Below, one piece after another: positions 10,501 to 25,500 of a DNA stretch of 64,000 nt. The stretch is from the NCBI GenBank assembly GCA_053919585.1, contig CM132790.1; one strand, 5' to 3'. The notes under the pieces are model-generated. The model saw only the letters and a program-made list of their open reading frames with translations. It made no database searches and was not told the origin of the DNA. The position numbers and the translations under genes were made by a program. The DNA comes from Euprymna scolopes. Its lineage: Eukaryota. The stretch's first letter is position 1. Each line of letters starts with the position of its first letter.

Positions 10501-13500
10501 TATTTGTGCTTTAGATAACAGATAAATTATGAGCTAAAAAAAGAAATAGATGTTTATGCCTAGAAAATAGAGATGTATGTGTGCAGAAATATATTATTCA
10601 AAATATATATATGGTGGTTGTGTGGTTGTATTAAGTTTGGTATATTCAAAAAAATAAACATATAATATTGAAATGTAAATTATATGAGTTTAATATATAC
10701 ATGGTTTATCAATATACACAGTTTGAAGTGAAAAGTTATTGCTCACAGGAATTTCATTAGTATCTTTATATTACCCTCAAATATAAAAATCTGCTGTGAT
10801 ATATGCTAGGGTATATTTAAGAAAATTTCAAAATAATTACATTTAAATATTCATCTAATTTAGTGTTCAATTTTTGTAAGATAAACATAGTTATTTCCAG
10901 TTCTACATAGCAACTAGCATATTCTTTTGATTTAATTTAGTGAAATTATTAATAAAAATGAAGATTAATTTCTAAAATTGCAAATTTAGATCCTTTTAGA
11001 GTTTATGAAAGTGACATATACTTTAGCATCAGTGGCAAAAACAGATAAATTATAGGCTAAAAACGAAATAGATGTTTATGCATATAAACAGAGAGACATG
11101 TGTGTAGAGACATAGGAATTGGAATATATACCTGGTGGTTGTGTTGTTACCGTAGGAGATGGTGGTGGAACACCTGCAGTTGTCGTTGTGGCACCTGGTG
11201 CTGGTGTTGACCTTGCTGGTACTGATGTAGTTACACCTGGTCCTGGTGTTGATATAGCTGCAAAATATTTTTATATTAAGCATATTAACAGTGATTCTTA
11301 TTAGAAAAGTCAATTGACGGCTTATGCTGAAGTCATCTTAACAAGAAATTGAACCTTAGAGAAACTTGTAATTAGTGTCTCATGACTAAAAAAGAAATCA
11401 AATGCAGGTGTAGAATATATGAATTTACAAAGTGAAGGTATAGTTACATGTATCTGTATACTTTCTTAAAATACTCCTAAATAAAATTAAATTTGGCAAA
11501 CATTTATTATTGATGTCTAATCATTATTGTTAAATCTGAAAAAAAAACTGAAATTTTGAAAATATTTATTATTGATGTCTAATCCTTATTGGTAAAATCT
11601 GACAAAAATCACAGATATCCAAATTTAAACAATGACATCCTTGCCTTTTCTTTTGTGCTTTACACAAAATTCGATTGAACTAACGGTTAAATTCATTGCA
11701 GAAACTTATGACTTGAAACGTATTTCAAATTATATAATGACTAATTTCTTAATAACGATTCATGGAAAATGCACAAATGTACACAGATGTATGCATATGT
11801 AAATATCAATATCTATGCATATGAGAATCCATGAGATTTTGGAAATTCAACTTATAAATACTGCAAAAGTTTAAAGTTCGTTATATTAAAAAAAATATAA
11901 CACTGAAATGTAAATTAATGTGTTTAATATATATATATGGTTTATCAATATACACAGTTTGAAATTAAAAGCTGTTGCTCTGAGGAATTTCATTAGTATC
12001 TTTATATTACCCTCAAATATAAAAATCTGCTGTGATATATCCTAGGGAATATTGAAGAAAATTAAAAAGAAATATATATTTAAATATTCATCTAATGTTG
12101 TGTTAAATTTTTATAAGATAAACGTAGTTATTTTCACTTCTATATAGCAACAAGCATATTCTTTTGATTTAATTTAGTGAAATTATCCAAAAAATGAAGA
12201 TAAATTTCTAAAATTGCAAAGTTAGATCCTTTTAGATTTTATGAAATTAACGTATGCTTTGGCTTCCGTGGCAAAAACAGGTAAATTATAGGCTAGAAAC
12301 GAAATAGATGTTTATGCATATAAACAGAGAGAAATGTGTGCAGAAACATAGGAATTGAAATATATACCTGGTGGTTGTGTGGTTGCACCAGGAGCTGGCG
12401 TTGTGAAAACTGGAGGTTTTATTGTTGACATAGAAGGTGGCGTTGGCATACCTTCAGCTGTCGTTGTGGCACCTGGTGCTGGTGTTGACCTTGCTGGTAC
12501 TGATGTAGTTACACCTGGTCCTGGTGTTGATATAGCTGAAAAATATTTTTATATTAAGCATATTAACAGTTATTCTTATTAGAAAAGTCAATTAATAGCT
12601 TATGCTGAACACTATCTAAGAACACTGCCGAATACATAAAGTGAATTTGTGTGAAATTTCATAAAAATCGATCCAGACACAGATAAAGTTGATTTTATAT
12701 AATAGTAGAGAAACATATATTTTATATATGTGACAATATTCAAGTAAATTAATTTTTGTTATATAAAATGCTTCTTTAATAATTACTAACGGTATCTTTA
12801 TGGTGTTGTCCGAGATTTAGTTGCATTATTTTAACTTTTAGTTTGTTTGCAAATATCTAAATTGGAAGTAAACAGATTCTATTTAATTTTTCAATTTTAG
12901 AAAATACTTTTTCCGTTTCTTAATTCATATTTGCTATTGATAAGCTAACATTTTATATAATCATTTGTATGATCTGTATAAGTAAGTTTTCAAATAGCTA
13001 TGTACGTTATTTTATTGCCCCGGACATGAAAAACAATAAGCATGAAAATTATCAATGAAAAGGTAAGTCAACATTTGCTTCATAAATTATAGTCGAGTCT
13101 GACTTTAAAAATCCGACAATGCAACTTTATATGTTGGATAAACCCAGAATGATTAAATTGAATCATCACATCTGCAAAAATCATTTGGATGGGAAATTAA
13201 CATGGTTAACTGTTGTAGGGGCTTATCTGTTGGTCAATAATGGACTCTTCCTACTATAAAGACTGGGAGAATGTGCCTCTTGACGTTATAAACAACTGTT
13301 GTAGTGTACGCCTTATGGAGAAAAATAAACTCTTATTATAAAGACTGGAATATTAAACCTTTCAGTATTATGCACAAGTCATGCACACTTGGTAATCAGG
13401 CTGCTGATTACAAAAGTTTGAAATCTTTGCTTTTCCTATCAAAGTCGCACCAACAATTTTCCAGCAAGTTATGGACACTTTGTTGGAGGAACTTCATTTT

Positions 13501-16500
13501 TACGATCGCTTACTGACATGAAATCTTAATAAATAGTAAAAGTATTGAAACGCTGGAAACATGCCCAAAGTGTGTTTTCACAAATATGGGACTATGGGCT
13601 CAAAATAAAAATAAGAAGAATGTGATTTCTTCATGAAAGAACTCAAATATCTGGGTCATATCATAGATAAAGACGACAGGTGGCCAGATTCTGAATGGAC
13701 CACTACAATTAAAGAGATGTCATCTATTAAAAGGTTACGTCTATGAAGAGTTTCCTGAGATTAGAAAATTATTACCAAGCATTTATTCCACACAGTTCTC
13801 CATCTTTTACTGAAAAACTTTATAAAAATAAGGGTTGGAAATTGACACTCATTGTTCAAGAATACATGTGAACTTTGATGGACCGTAAGAAGAGTTCTGC
13901 TATCTTATTATAGTAGATAGTTACATAAAATTGCTAGAATGATTTAGATGTATGGAAAACATTACATAGGAAATGATAAACCTCTGGCATGAATTGTTGG
14001 TCTGATTTGGGGTTTGATCAATGATTGATAACAGAACTCAATTAACGTTGACTGATTTTGAAGTGCTGTGTAACAATTTCCAAATAAAACACATTAGCAC
14101 CTCTCTGTACCATCCCTGTTAAAACGGCCAGGCAAAGCGTTTTGATCGACACCCTAAAAAAACTCCTAAAACATTGCGGCACGCCTAGAGAAAAGGCCTT
14201 AAAGCAATTTTTATGAGTGTATAGGATGATACTAAGCACAAAGATAAATCTTCATTATATCCAGCAGAATTGGTGTTTGCTCGAAAAATGAAGATCAGTA
14301 TTTTAAAAAATTGCTGCCTAAACAAAACATGGGCGAACATCTAAAGTACCAAAGAATCAGTACATTCCAGGTGAAAAGATGTTTTTTAAGATATGTAAAA
14401 CAATACATTCTTTTGAGTATATGTTACTATAGAAAAGAATATCGGAAATATAGTCTACATAATCTGAGGCTCTCAGTAATCAAATTAGAAAGCAGCTCTT
14501 AGATGAAACTTACAGTACGTTACAGGAACATGTAGCAATAGATGCCATTTATGACACCTTAGACCTGGAAATATTTAAAACAGCCCCAGAAGAGCAACAC
14601 TCCTAAAGAAAAACAAAAGTTGTTAGACCTTATCAGGATCAACCCAAAGAGAAAATGATACCGAGACTTCTGCAAAGTTAAGGTCTGGGAGGGAGGTTGT
14701 TGTAGTGCTCATCTTACAAATAATAATGAATGCTTCCTATTACTATAAAGACGTGAAGAACTTACCTTACAGCGTTATGCACAAAGTACGCATACATGGC
14801 AGTTGGACTGATGTATAACCATTCTTTTTATTTGTTTTATTTATTTTCCTGTTTAGTATATTTTGTTTCAAGTAAATCTAAAATTGTGTCTTTCTTTATG
14901 ACCCTTCTTGTGTACAACAATAACTGAATATGTTATGCTTAATCTTATGTCAAAGAGAATATCAGTATGTCACTGAAATGCAATGGGTAAACTTAGTCGC
15001 GATTGCTATATAATATGATAAATTAAAGTAAATAATATTATGTTTGGCATATGATAACGATGAAAAGATAATTTTTTATTAGTATCGAACATTATTATGC
15101 AGCAAATACAATGTTTAAACGGAATTCTTCTATGGACATGCATAGAAAAGCATACAAATATACACAGACATATGCATATTTAAATATCAACATCTATGCA
15201 TATACAAATATATGAGAATTTGGAAATACAAGATATATACTGCAAAACCTTCAAACTTTTTTTATTTTTCAAATAACTTTTTTTATACTGCTTTTTCACC
15301 CTAAACGAGGCACAATACCACTTGGGCCTAACGGGCTACTATGTAGGATCAAATTTGCAATGATACTAAATAGGGAGTTGAGCAGCAGAATGTCTGTTCA
15401 TATTACATTTGAACTTCTGCATGTCATTACAGTCAGGATAGCAGGAACTCGAGAGGGAATTTCCAAATATAACCGTTTGGGAAAAGAAATTATTTGAGTA
15501 GAAGGCTTTTTAGCATCTATGAATGTTTATAGTTTAAGAGTGGGATTTTTCTGCTTGTTGGGTTAGTCAAGAGTATTTACATCGATTGCTAAATATGCTT
15601 GCAGTTTGCCAGAGCATTTTCTATTAAAATACTTGTAAAATAGGCACATGGAGGCAATATTGAGGCAGTGGGACAGAGGTTAGAATTTGGTTGACAGTGC
15701 AGGACCTATTAGGTTGGCGACTCTATTTTGAACCCTGTATAGGAGTGAGAAAATAGTAGCAGATTAACTATCCCAGATGTGACAACAATACTCCATGCAT
15801 AAGCGAATGGTGGCCTTGTAGAAGTACAGGATACTCTCGGACATGAGTAATTTTCTAGCATGATAGAGAGAGCTCATCTTCTTCCCAGCAGCTTGGCAAT
15901 GCCCTCAATATATGTGCTCTAATTCATGTTCCCTGTGAACATTTAACCAAGGAATTTGAATGAAAAGATTTCAGGTAGCGCATCATTAGTCATGGCTATA
16001 AGTGGCTGAAAAGATTTCTTGTAATTATTAAAGGAAATAAGCTTAGTCTTAGCAGCATTGAATGTTACCATCCATTTATGACTTTGGTCCACCACAGACT
16101 GGATGGCTTCCTCTTAAGTTTCAGCCATTTCCTTAGATATGTGTACATTTGTTTTCCCGTCATGTCTGTTACAGAGCATGGTGTCATCAGCAAATATGGA
16201 AATCTCAGAGAAATATGGCATCCCTGTGCCTGTTTTACAAGTACTTTAATGGAAAGTGTTCAGACAGACTCAAATTACTGGGTCTCCTCAGCATAAATGC
16301 CTGCGACAAACCCAACTGGAAATTCAACTTATAAATAGTGCAACAAACAGCAAAATCCCACCCCAACATTGTAAAGATTCCTAGATGCCAGAACTCCTTC
16401 TACTCAAATAGCTTCTTTCAAACTGCTAGACTTATTTCCCTCCCAGGCCCCTGCTTCCCTGACTCTATTGATATGTAGAAGTTCAAGTGTAATGTGAATA

Positions 16501-19500
16501 GACATTTCGCTACCCAACTCCCTACAGTGTGTCCGTGCAAATTTCGTCCCAAATAGTAGCCCCTTATGTCTTAGTGGTACTGTGCATATTTGGGGTGAAA
16601 AATCAGATAAAAAAGGTTAGTTTCACATAGTGCTAAGATACCTGGGAAATTCGCTAGGAGAAATGATTCTACATAGTTTAAGTTTAAATAATTTCAACTG
16701 TTACTCTGAAAAAATACTGAATCAATATGCACAGTTAAATGTTTTAGGTTATTGCTTTCATAAAATTACTTAGTATTTTGTACCATCTTCAAATATAATA
16801 AAAGTGAAGTGATTATATGCAAGAGAATGTTGGAGCAAACTTCAGAAATAATTAAATTTTAATATTTGTTAAAATTTGCGTTTAATTTTAAAAAAAGGTA
16901 ATGTAGTAATATTCATTCTGACGTGACAGATTTGTTTTGACAATTAGGAATTTACATTGAAATTGAAGAAATAATGCACACTTGCATCGTTGACTTATTG
17001 TGTCAAAATAATAAAGAGTCATATAGGTAGGGACTCTTGCATGCCACACATTTTAAAGCCTTTTACCTGTATTTTTTGTTCAAAAGGAGACACAAAAAAT
17101 CCAGGCAGTGCTGTTTTAATCTCAAAATGTAAGCGACTCCAGTTGATGGAGAGTGATAGTTCTGGGCCAGATAGTGGTTAGATATTTCAAATGGGAAAAT
17201 CAGGATTTGAAAGAAAAATATTTCAATCACTTGGGCTTAAATATGATACTCCGTTCTCTCCCTCCCTCTTTCTATCTTTCTCTATCTCGGTCGTGTTTTG
17301 CCTAAAAGTGAAGAATTGTAAATTAGTTAGCGTTTAGATGCACCTCGTGATGGTGTGGTCACTAGCTAAGCACAAAGTTCGAGCTCAGAGTAAATAATCG
17401 TTCTTACATGCTTAAAAAAATTTCTAAATATATAAGAAAATGTATGTTGCTCATTTTATATAGCATTTGATGACAGAAGATTTGGCATTTTAGAAATAAC
17501 GAAAACAGAGACCTCAGAAAAATCCCAACAAAACGCAGGTGGCATAATGTAAATGATTTTGATTAAAGATGATGTGCCTATCAACTTTAAGTGATAAATG
17601 TAAGGAGCTGGGCGTAACATCAGTAGAAATATCAAGAACATACCAAGCTTACCCTCCAGCAGCAAACTATCGGGTTATATTGGGCTGATAATACTCTGCA
17701 TTTTAAATCCAACACAATGAGGGATTTGTGTTTAATAAAGGAAACGTTATTACTCACTTGTTTCTTTGATACAAAGTTTAACAGAAGTTTTCACTACAAC
17801 AGGAAACTGAGGATTTCTAGGAATAATTGTAATTCTCAGTACTGTTTCATCTGTACCAGCTGGAATGTTGACAGGTTTGTTATAATTTGCTGTGACCTTA
17901 GTTGGTGTAGGTATTAATCTTGCTGGAGTAGTTTCTGCCAGAGGTACACCTGTAGTCACTTTCTGTAGAAAACACAGTAATAATGTACAATTATAAGAAG
18001 TCAATATAAAATATAAAGTAAAACACAGGTGACGATGTAAAATAGCGTTTACTTTCGGTTTCAATCAGCCAAGTGAAATACACGTTTGACGTGACATTGA
18101 GTAAACTAAAAAACAATAAGGTAACAGAATTTTTCATGCCATACTTGCGTTAAACTAAGAACGTAATAAATGTGCTATGTACGTTAGGAGATGTAAAAAT
18201 TTACCTGTGTAGTTGTCAGAAATTCAACAAGGTATTTTTGAACATTATCTGTATCGATAAGCTGAATTACACCGCCACCTGTCATCGAATCTCCAACCGT
18301 GATTGTGACCACTCTGTCTTGTTGTGTATATGTTAACCATCCAGTACCACTTGGTCTGATGTCTCCGGGATTTCCACTCGGTTCCAATGTAATAGCACTA
18401 TCAGGCAATACAATATCATCATCCATCCCTTCCAAAAGTGTACACGTCACTATGAGGAAAGAGTTAAGCAAAAATTAAAATCGTCAAAAGCTGGTAGTTT
18501 TGTCAATTTGTCTATTGAGAATTTTGACTTGGAACATGCACATTGAGAAAAATAGATAAGAGAAACTTGAAAAATGCCGTATAAGCTGTGAGAATATATT
18601 TGATTATATCAACAAGTATATACTTTTGATTTAATTTAGTGAACTTATTACAAACTGAAAAATTTTTCTAAAATTGCAAAGTTAGGTCCTTTTAGACTTT
18701 ATGAAAATAACATATATTTGTGCTTTAGTGGCCAACACAGATAAATTATGAGCTAAAAAAAGAAATAGATGTTTATGCCTAGAAAATAGAGATGTATGTG
18801 TGCAGAAATATATTATTCAAAATATATATATGGTGGTTGTGTGGTTGTATTAAGTTTGGTATATTCAAAAAAATAAACATATAATATTGAAATGTAAATT
18901 ATATGAGTTTAATATATACATGGTTTATCAATATACACAGTTTGAAGTGAAAAGTTATTGCTCTCAGGAATTTCATTAGTATCTTTATATTACCCTCAAA
19001 TATAAAAATCTGCTGTGATATATGCTAGGGTATATTTAAGAAAATTTCAAAATAATTACATTTAAATATTCATCTAATTTAGTGTTCAATTTTTGTAAGA
19101 TAAACATAGTTATTTCCAGTTCTACATAGCAACTAGCATATTCTTTTGATTTAATTTAGTGAAATTATTAATAAAAATGAAGATTAATTTCTAAAATTGC
19201 AAATTTAGATCCTTTTAGAGTTTATGAAAGTGACATATACTTTAGCATCAGTGGCAAAAACAGATAAATTATAGGCTAAAAACGAAATAGATGTTTATGC
19301 ATATAAACAGAGAGACATGTGTGTAGAGACATAGGAATTGGAATATATACCTGGTGGTTGTGTTGTTACCGTAGGAGATGGTGGTGGAACACCTGCAGTT
19401 GTCGTTGTGGCACCTGGTGCTGGTGTTGACCTTGCTGGTACTGATGTAGTTACACCTGGTCCTGGTGTTGATATAGCTGCAAAATATTTTTATATTAAGC

Positions 19501-22500
19501 ATATTAACAGTGATTCTTATTAGAAAAGTCAATTGACGGCTTATGCTGAAGTCATCTTAACAAGAAATTGAACCTTAGAGAAACTTGTAATTAGTGTCTC
19601 ATGACTAAAAAAGAAATCAAATGCAGGTGTAGAATATATGAATTTACAAAGTGAAGGTATAGTTACATGTATCTGTATACTTTCTTAAAATACTCCTAAA
19701 TAAAATTAAATTTGGCAAACATTTATTATTGATGTCTAATCATTATTGTTAAATCTGAAAAAAAAACTGAAATTTTGAAAATATTTATTATTGATGTCTA
19801 ATCCTTATTGGTAAAATCTGACAAAAATCACAGATATCCAAATTTAAACAATGACATCCTTGCCTTTTCTTTTGTGCTTTACACAAAATTCGATTGAACT
19901 AACGGTTAAATTCATTGCAGAAACTTATGACTTGAAACGTATTTCAAATTATATAATGACTAATTTCTTAATAACGATTCATGGAAAATGCACAAATGTA
20001 CACAGATGTATGCATATGTAAATATCAATATCTATGCATATGAGAATCCATGAGATTTTGGAAATTCAACTTATAAATACTGCAAAAGTTTAAAGTTCGT
20101 TATATTAAAAAAAATATAACACTGAAATGTAAATTAATGTGTTTAATATATATATACGGTTTATCAATATACACAGTTTGAAATTAAAAGCTGTTGCTCT
20201 GAGGAATTTCATTAGTATCTTTATATTACCCTCAAATATAAAAATCTGCTGTGATATATCCTAGGGAATATTGAAGAAAATTAAAAAAAAATATATATTT
20301 AAATATTCATCTAATGTAGTGTTAAATTTTTATAAGATAAACGTAGTTATTTTCACTTCTATATAGCCACAAGCATATTCTTTTGATTTAATTTAGTGAA
20401 ATTATCCAAAAAATGAAGATAAATTTCTAAAATTGCAAAGTTAGATCCTTTTAGATTTTATGAAATTAACGTATGCTTTGGCTTCCGTGGCAAAAACAGG
20501 TAAATTATAGGCTAGAAACGAAATAGATGTTTATGCATATAAACAGAGAGAAATGTGTGCAGAAACATAGGAATTGAAATATATACCTGGTGGTTGTGTG
20601 GTTGCACCAGGAGCTGGCGTTGTGAAAACTGGAGGTTTTATTGTTGACATAGAAGGTGGCGTTGGCATACCTTCAGCTGTCGTTGTGGCACCTGGTGCTG
20701 GTGTTGACCTTGCTGGTACTGATGTAGTTACACCTGGTCCTGGTGTTGATATAGCTGAAAAATATTTTTATATTAAGCATATTAACAGTGATTCTTATTA
20801 GAAAAGTCAATTAATAGCTTATGCTGAAGTCATCTTAACAAGAAATTGAACCTCAGAGAAATATGTAATTAGTGTCTCATGACTAAAATAGAAATCAAAT
20901 GCAGGTGTAGAATATATGAATTTACAAAGTGAACGTATAGCTACATGTATCTGTATACTTCCTTAATATACTCCTAAATAAATATTTATTATTCATGTCT
21001 AATCCTTATTGTTAAAATCTGACAAAAATCACAGATATCCACATTTAAATAATGACATCCTTGCATTATTTTTTGCTTTTCACAAAATTCGATTGAACTA
21101 ACGCTTAAATTCATTACAGAAACTTATGCCTTGCAACTTATTTCAAATTATATAATAATTAATTACTTAATAACGATTCATGGAAAATGCACAAATGTAT
21201 ACAGCATATGTATATGCATATGTAAATATCAATATCTATGCATATGAGAATCCAGAAGATTTTGGAAATTCAACTTATAAATAGTTCAAAGGTATTTAGT
21301 TTGGTATATTAAAAAAAATATAAAGATAACACTGAAATGTAAATTAATGAGTTTAATATATACATGGTTTATCAATATACACAGTTTGAAGTGTAAAGTT
21401 ATTGCTCTCAGGAATTTCATTAGTATCTTTATATTACCCTCAAATATAAAAATCTGCTGTGATATATGCTAGGGAATATTGAAGAAAATTTAAAAAGAAA
21501 TATATATTTAAATAGTCATCTAATTTAGTGTTCAATTTTTGTAAAATAAACGTAGTTATTTACAGTTCCACATAGCAACAAGCATATTCTTTTGATTTAA
21601 TTTAGTGCAATTATTAAAAAAATGAATATTAATTTCTAAAATTGCAAAGTTAGATCCCTTTAGAGTTTATGAAATTAACATATACATTTGCATCAGTGGC
21701 AAAAACAGGTAAATTATAGGCAACAAACGAAATAGATGTTTAGGCATATACAGAGAGAGACATGTGTGCAGAAACATAGGAATTGAAATATATACCTGGT
21801 GGTTGTGTGGTTGCACCAGGAGCTGACGTTGAGATACCTGGAGGTTGTGTTGTTACGCTAGGAGATGGTGGTGGAACACCTGCAGTTGTCCTTGTGGCAC
21901 CTGGTGCTGGTGTTGACCTTGCTGGTACTGATGTAGTTACACCTGGTCCTGGTGTTGATATAGCTGAAAGATATTTTTATATTAAGCATATTAACAGTGA
22001 TTCTTATTAGAAAAGTGAATTGATGGCTTATGCTGAAGTGGTCTTCACAAGAAATTGAAACTCAGAGAAACTTGTAATTAGTGTCTAATGACAAAAAAAG
22101 AAATCAAATGCAGGTGTAGAATATATGAATTTACAAATTGAAGGTATAGCTACTTGTGTCTGTGTACTTCCTTAAAATACTCCCAAATAAAATGAAATTT
22201 GGCAAACATTTATTATTGATGTCTAATCCTTATTGGTAAAATCTGACAAAAATCACAGATATCCAAATTTAAACAATGACATCCTTGCCTTTTCTTTTGT
22301 GCTTTACACAAAATTCGATTGAACTAACGGTTAAATTCATTGCAGAAACTTATGACTTGAAACTTATTTCAAATTATATAATGACTAATTTCTTAATAAC
22401 GATTCATGGAAAATGCACAAATGTACACAGATGTATGCATATGTAAATATCAATATCTATGCATATGAGAATCCATGAGATTTTGGAAATTCAACTTATA

Positions 22501-25500
22501 AATACTGCAAAAGTTTAAAGTTCGTTATATTAAAAAAAATATAACACTGAAATGTAAATTAATGTGTTTATATATATATATGGTTTATCAATATACACAG
22601 TTTGAAATTAAAAGCTGTTGCTCTGAGGAATTTCATTAGTATCTTTATATTACCCTCAAATATAAAAATCTGCTGTGATATATCCTAGGAGATATTGAAG
22701 AAAATTAAAAAAAACTATATATTTAAATATTCATCTAATGTTGTGTTAAATTTTTATAAGATAAACGTAGTTATTTTCACTTCTATATAGCAACAAGCAT
22801 ATTCTTTTGATTTAATTTAGTGAAATTATCCAAAAAATGAAGATAAATTTCTAAAATTGCAAAGTTAGATCCTTTTAGATTTTATGATATTAACGTATGC
22901 TTTGGCTTCCGTGGCAAAAACAGGTAAATTATAGGCTAGAAACGAAATAGATGTTTATGCATATAAACAGAGAGAAATGTGTGCAGAAACATAGGAATTG
23001 AAATATATACCTGGTGGTTGTGTGGTTGCACCAGGAGCTGGCGTTGTGAAAACTGGAGGTTTTATTGTTGACATAGAAGGTGGCGTTGGCATACCTTCAG
23101 CTGTCGTTGTGGCACCTGGTGCTGGTGTTGACCTTGCTGGTACTGATGTAGTTACACCTGGTCCTGGTGTTGATATAGCTGAAAAATATTTTTATATTAA
23201 GCATATTAACAGTTATTCTTATTAGAAAAGTCAATTAATAGCTTATGCTGAACACTATCTAAGAACACTGCCGAATACATAAAGTGAATTTGTGTGAAAT
23301 TTCATAAAAATCGATCCAGACACAGATAAAGTTGATTTTATATAATAGTAGAGAAACATATATTTTATATATGTGACAATATTCAAGTAAATTAATTTTT
23401 GTTATATAAAATGCTTCTTCAATAATTACTAACGGTATCTTTATGGTGTTGTCCGAGATTTAGTTGCATTATTTTAACTTTTAGTTTGTTTGCAAATATC
23501 TAAATTGGAAGTAAACAGATTCTATTTAATTTTTCAATTTTAGAAAATACTTTTTCCGTTTCTTAATTCATATTTGCTATTGATAAGCTAACATTTTATA
23601 TAATCATTTGTATGATCTGTATAAGTAAGTTTTCAAATAGCTATGTACGTTATTTTATTGCCCCGGACATGAAAAACAATAAGCATGAAAATTATCAATG
23701 AAAAGGTAAGTCAACATTTGCTTCATAAATTATAGTCGAGTCTGACTTTAAAAATCCGACAATGCAACTTTATATGTTGGATAAACCCAGAATGATTAAA
23801 TTGAATCATCACATCTGCAAAAATCATTTGGATGGGAAATTAACATGGTTAACTGTTGTAAGGGCTTATCTGTTGGTCAATAATGGACTCTTCCTACTAT
23901 AAAGACTGGGAGAATGTGCCTCTTGACGTTATAAACAACTGTTGTAGTGTACGCCTTATGGAGAAAAATAAACTCTTATTATAAAGACCGGAATATTAAA
24001 CCTTTCAGTATTATGCACAAGTCATGCACACTTGGTAATCAGGCTGCTGATTACAAAAGTTTGAAATCTTTGCTTTTCCTATCAAAGTCGCACCAACAAT
24101 TTTCCAGCAAGTTATGGACACTTTGTTGGAGGAACTTCATTTTTACGATCGCTTACTGACATGAAATCTTAATAAATAGTAAAAGTATTGAAACGCTGGA
24201 AACATGCCCAAAGTGTATTTTCACAAATATGGGACTATAGGCTCAAAATAAAAATAAGAAGAATGTGATTTCTTCATGAAAGAACTCAAATATCTGGGTC
24301 ATATCATAGATAAAGACGACAGGTGGCCAGATTCTGAATGGACCACTACAATTAAAGAGATGTCATCTATTAAAAGGTTACGTCTATGAAGAGTTTCCTG
24401 AGATTAGAAAATTATTACCAAGCATTTATTGCACACAGTTCTCCATCTTTTACTGAAAAACTTTATAAAAATAAGGTTTGGAAATTGACACTCATTGTTC
24501 AAGAATACATGTGAACTTTGATGGACCGTAAGAAGAGTTCTGCTATCTTATTATAGTAGATAGTTACATAAAATTGCTAGAATGATTTAGATGTATGGAA
24601 AACATTACATAGGAAATGATAAACCTCTGGCATGAATTGTTGGTCTGATTTGGGGTTTGATCAATGATTGATAACAGAACTCAATTAACGTTGACTGATT
24701 TTGAAGTGCTGTGTAACAATTTCCAAATAAAACACATTAGCACCTCTCTGTACCATCCCTGTTAAAACGGCCAGGCAAAGCGTTTTGATCGACACCCTAA
24801 AAAAACTCCTAAAACATTGCGGCACGCCTAGAGAAAAGGCCTTAAAGCAATTTTTATGAGTGTATAGGATGATACTAAGCACAAAGATAAATCTTCATTA
24901 TATCCAGCAGAATTGGTGTTTGCTCGAAAAATGAAGATCAGTATTTTAAAAAATTGCTGCCTAAACAAAACATGGGCGAACATCTAAAGTACCAAAGAAT
25001 CAGTACATTCCAGGTGAAAAGATGTTTTTTAAGATATGTAAAACAATACATTCTTTTGAGTATATGTTACTATAGAAAAGAATATCGGAAATATAGTCTA
25101 CATAATCTGAGGCTCTCAGTAATCAAATTAGAAAGCAGCTCTTAGATGAAACTTACAGTACGTTACAGGAACATGTAGCAATAGATGCCATTTATGACAC
25201 CTTAGACCTGGAAATATTTAAAACAGCCCCAGAAGAGCAACACTCCTAAAGAAAAACAAAAGTTGTTAGACCTTATCAGGATCAACCCAAAGAGAAAATG
25301 ATACCGAGACTCCTGCAAAGTTAAGGTCTGGGAGGGAGGTTGTTGTAGTGCTCATCTTACAAATAATAATGAATGCTTCCTATTACTTACCTTACAGCGT
25401 TATGCACAAAGTACGCATACATGGCAGTTGGACTGATGTATAACCATTCTTTTTATTTGTTTTATTTATTTTCCTGTTCAGTATATTTTGTTTCAAGTAA

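Larger units (their letters stand above)
18990..23260. repeat. Nested ~1.2-kb exon+intron sub-repeat (4 copies in long units, 2 in short units; example coordinates, approximate)
   Basis: PTS exons spaced 1236, 1209 and 1215 bp with homologous intron text; long units carry 2424 extra bp. Confidence 0.93.
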
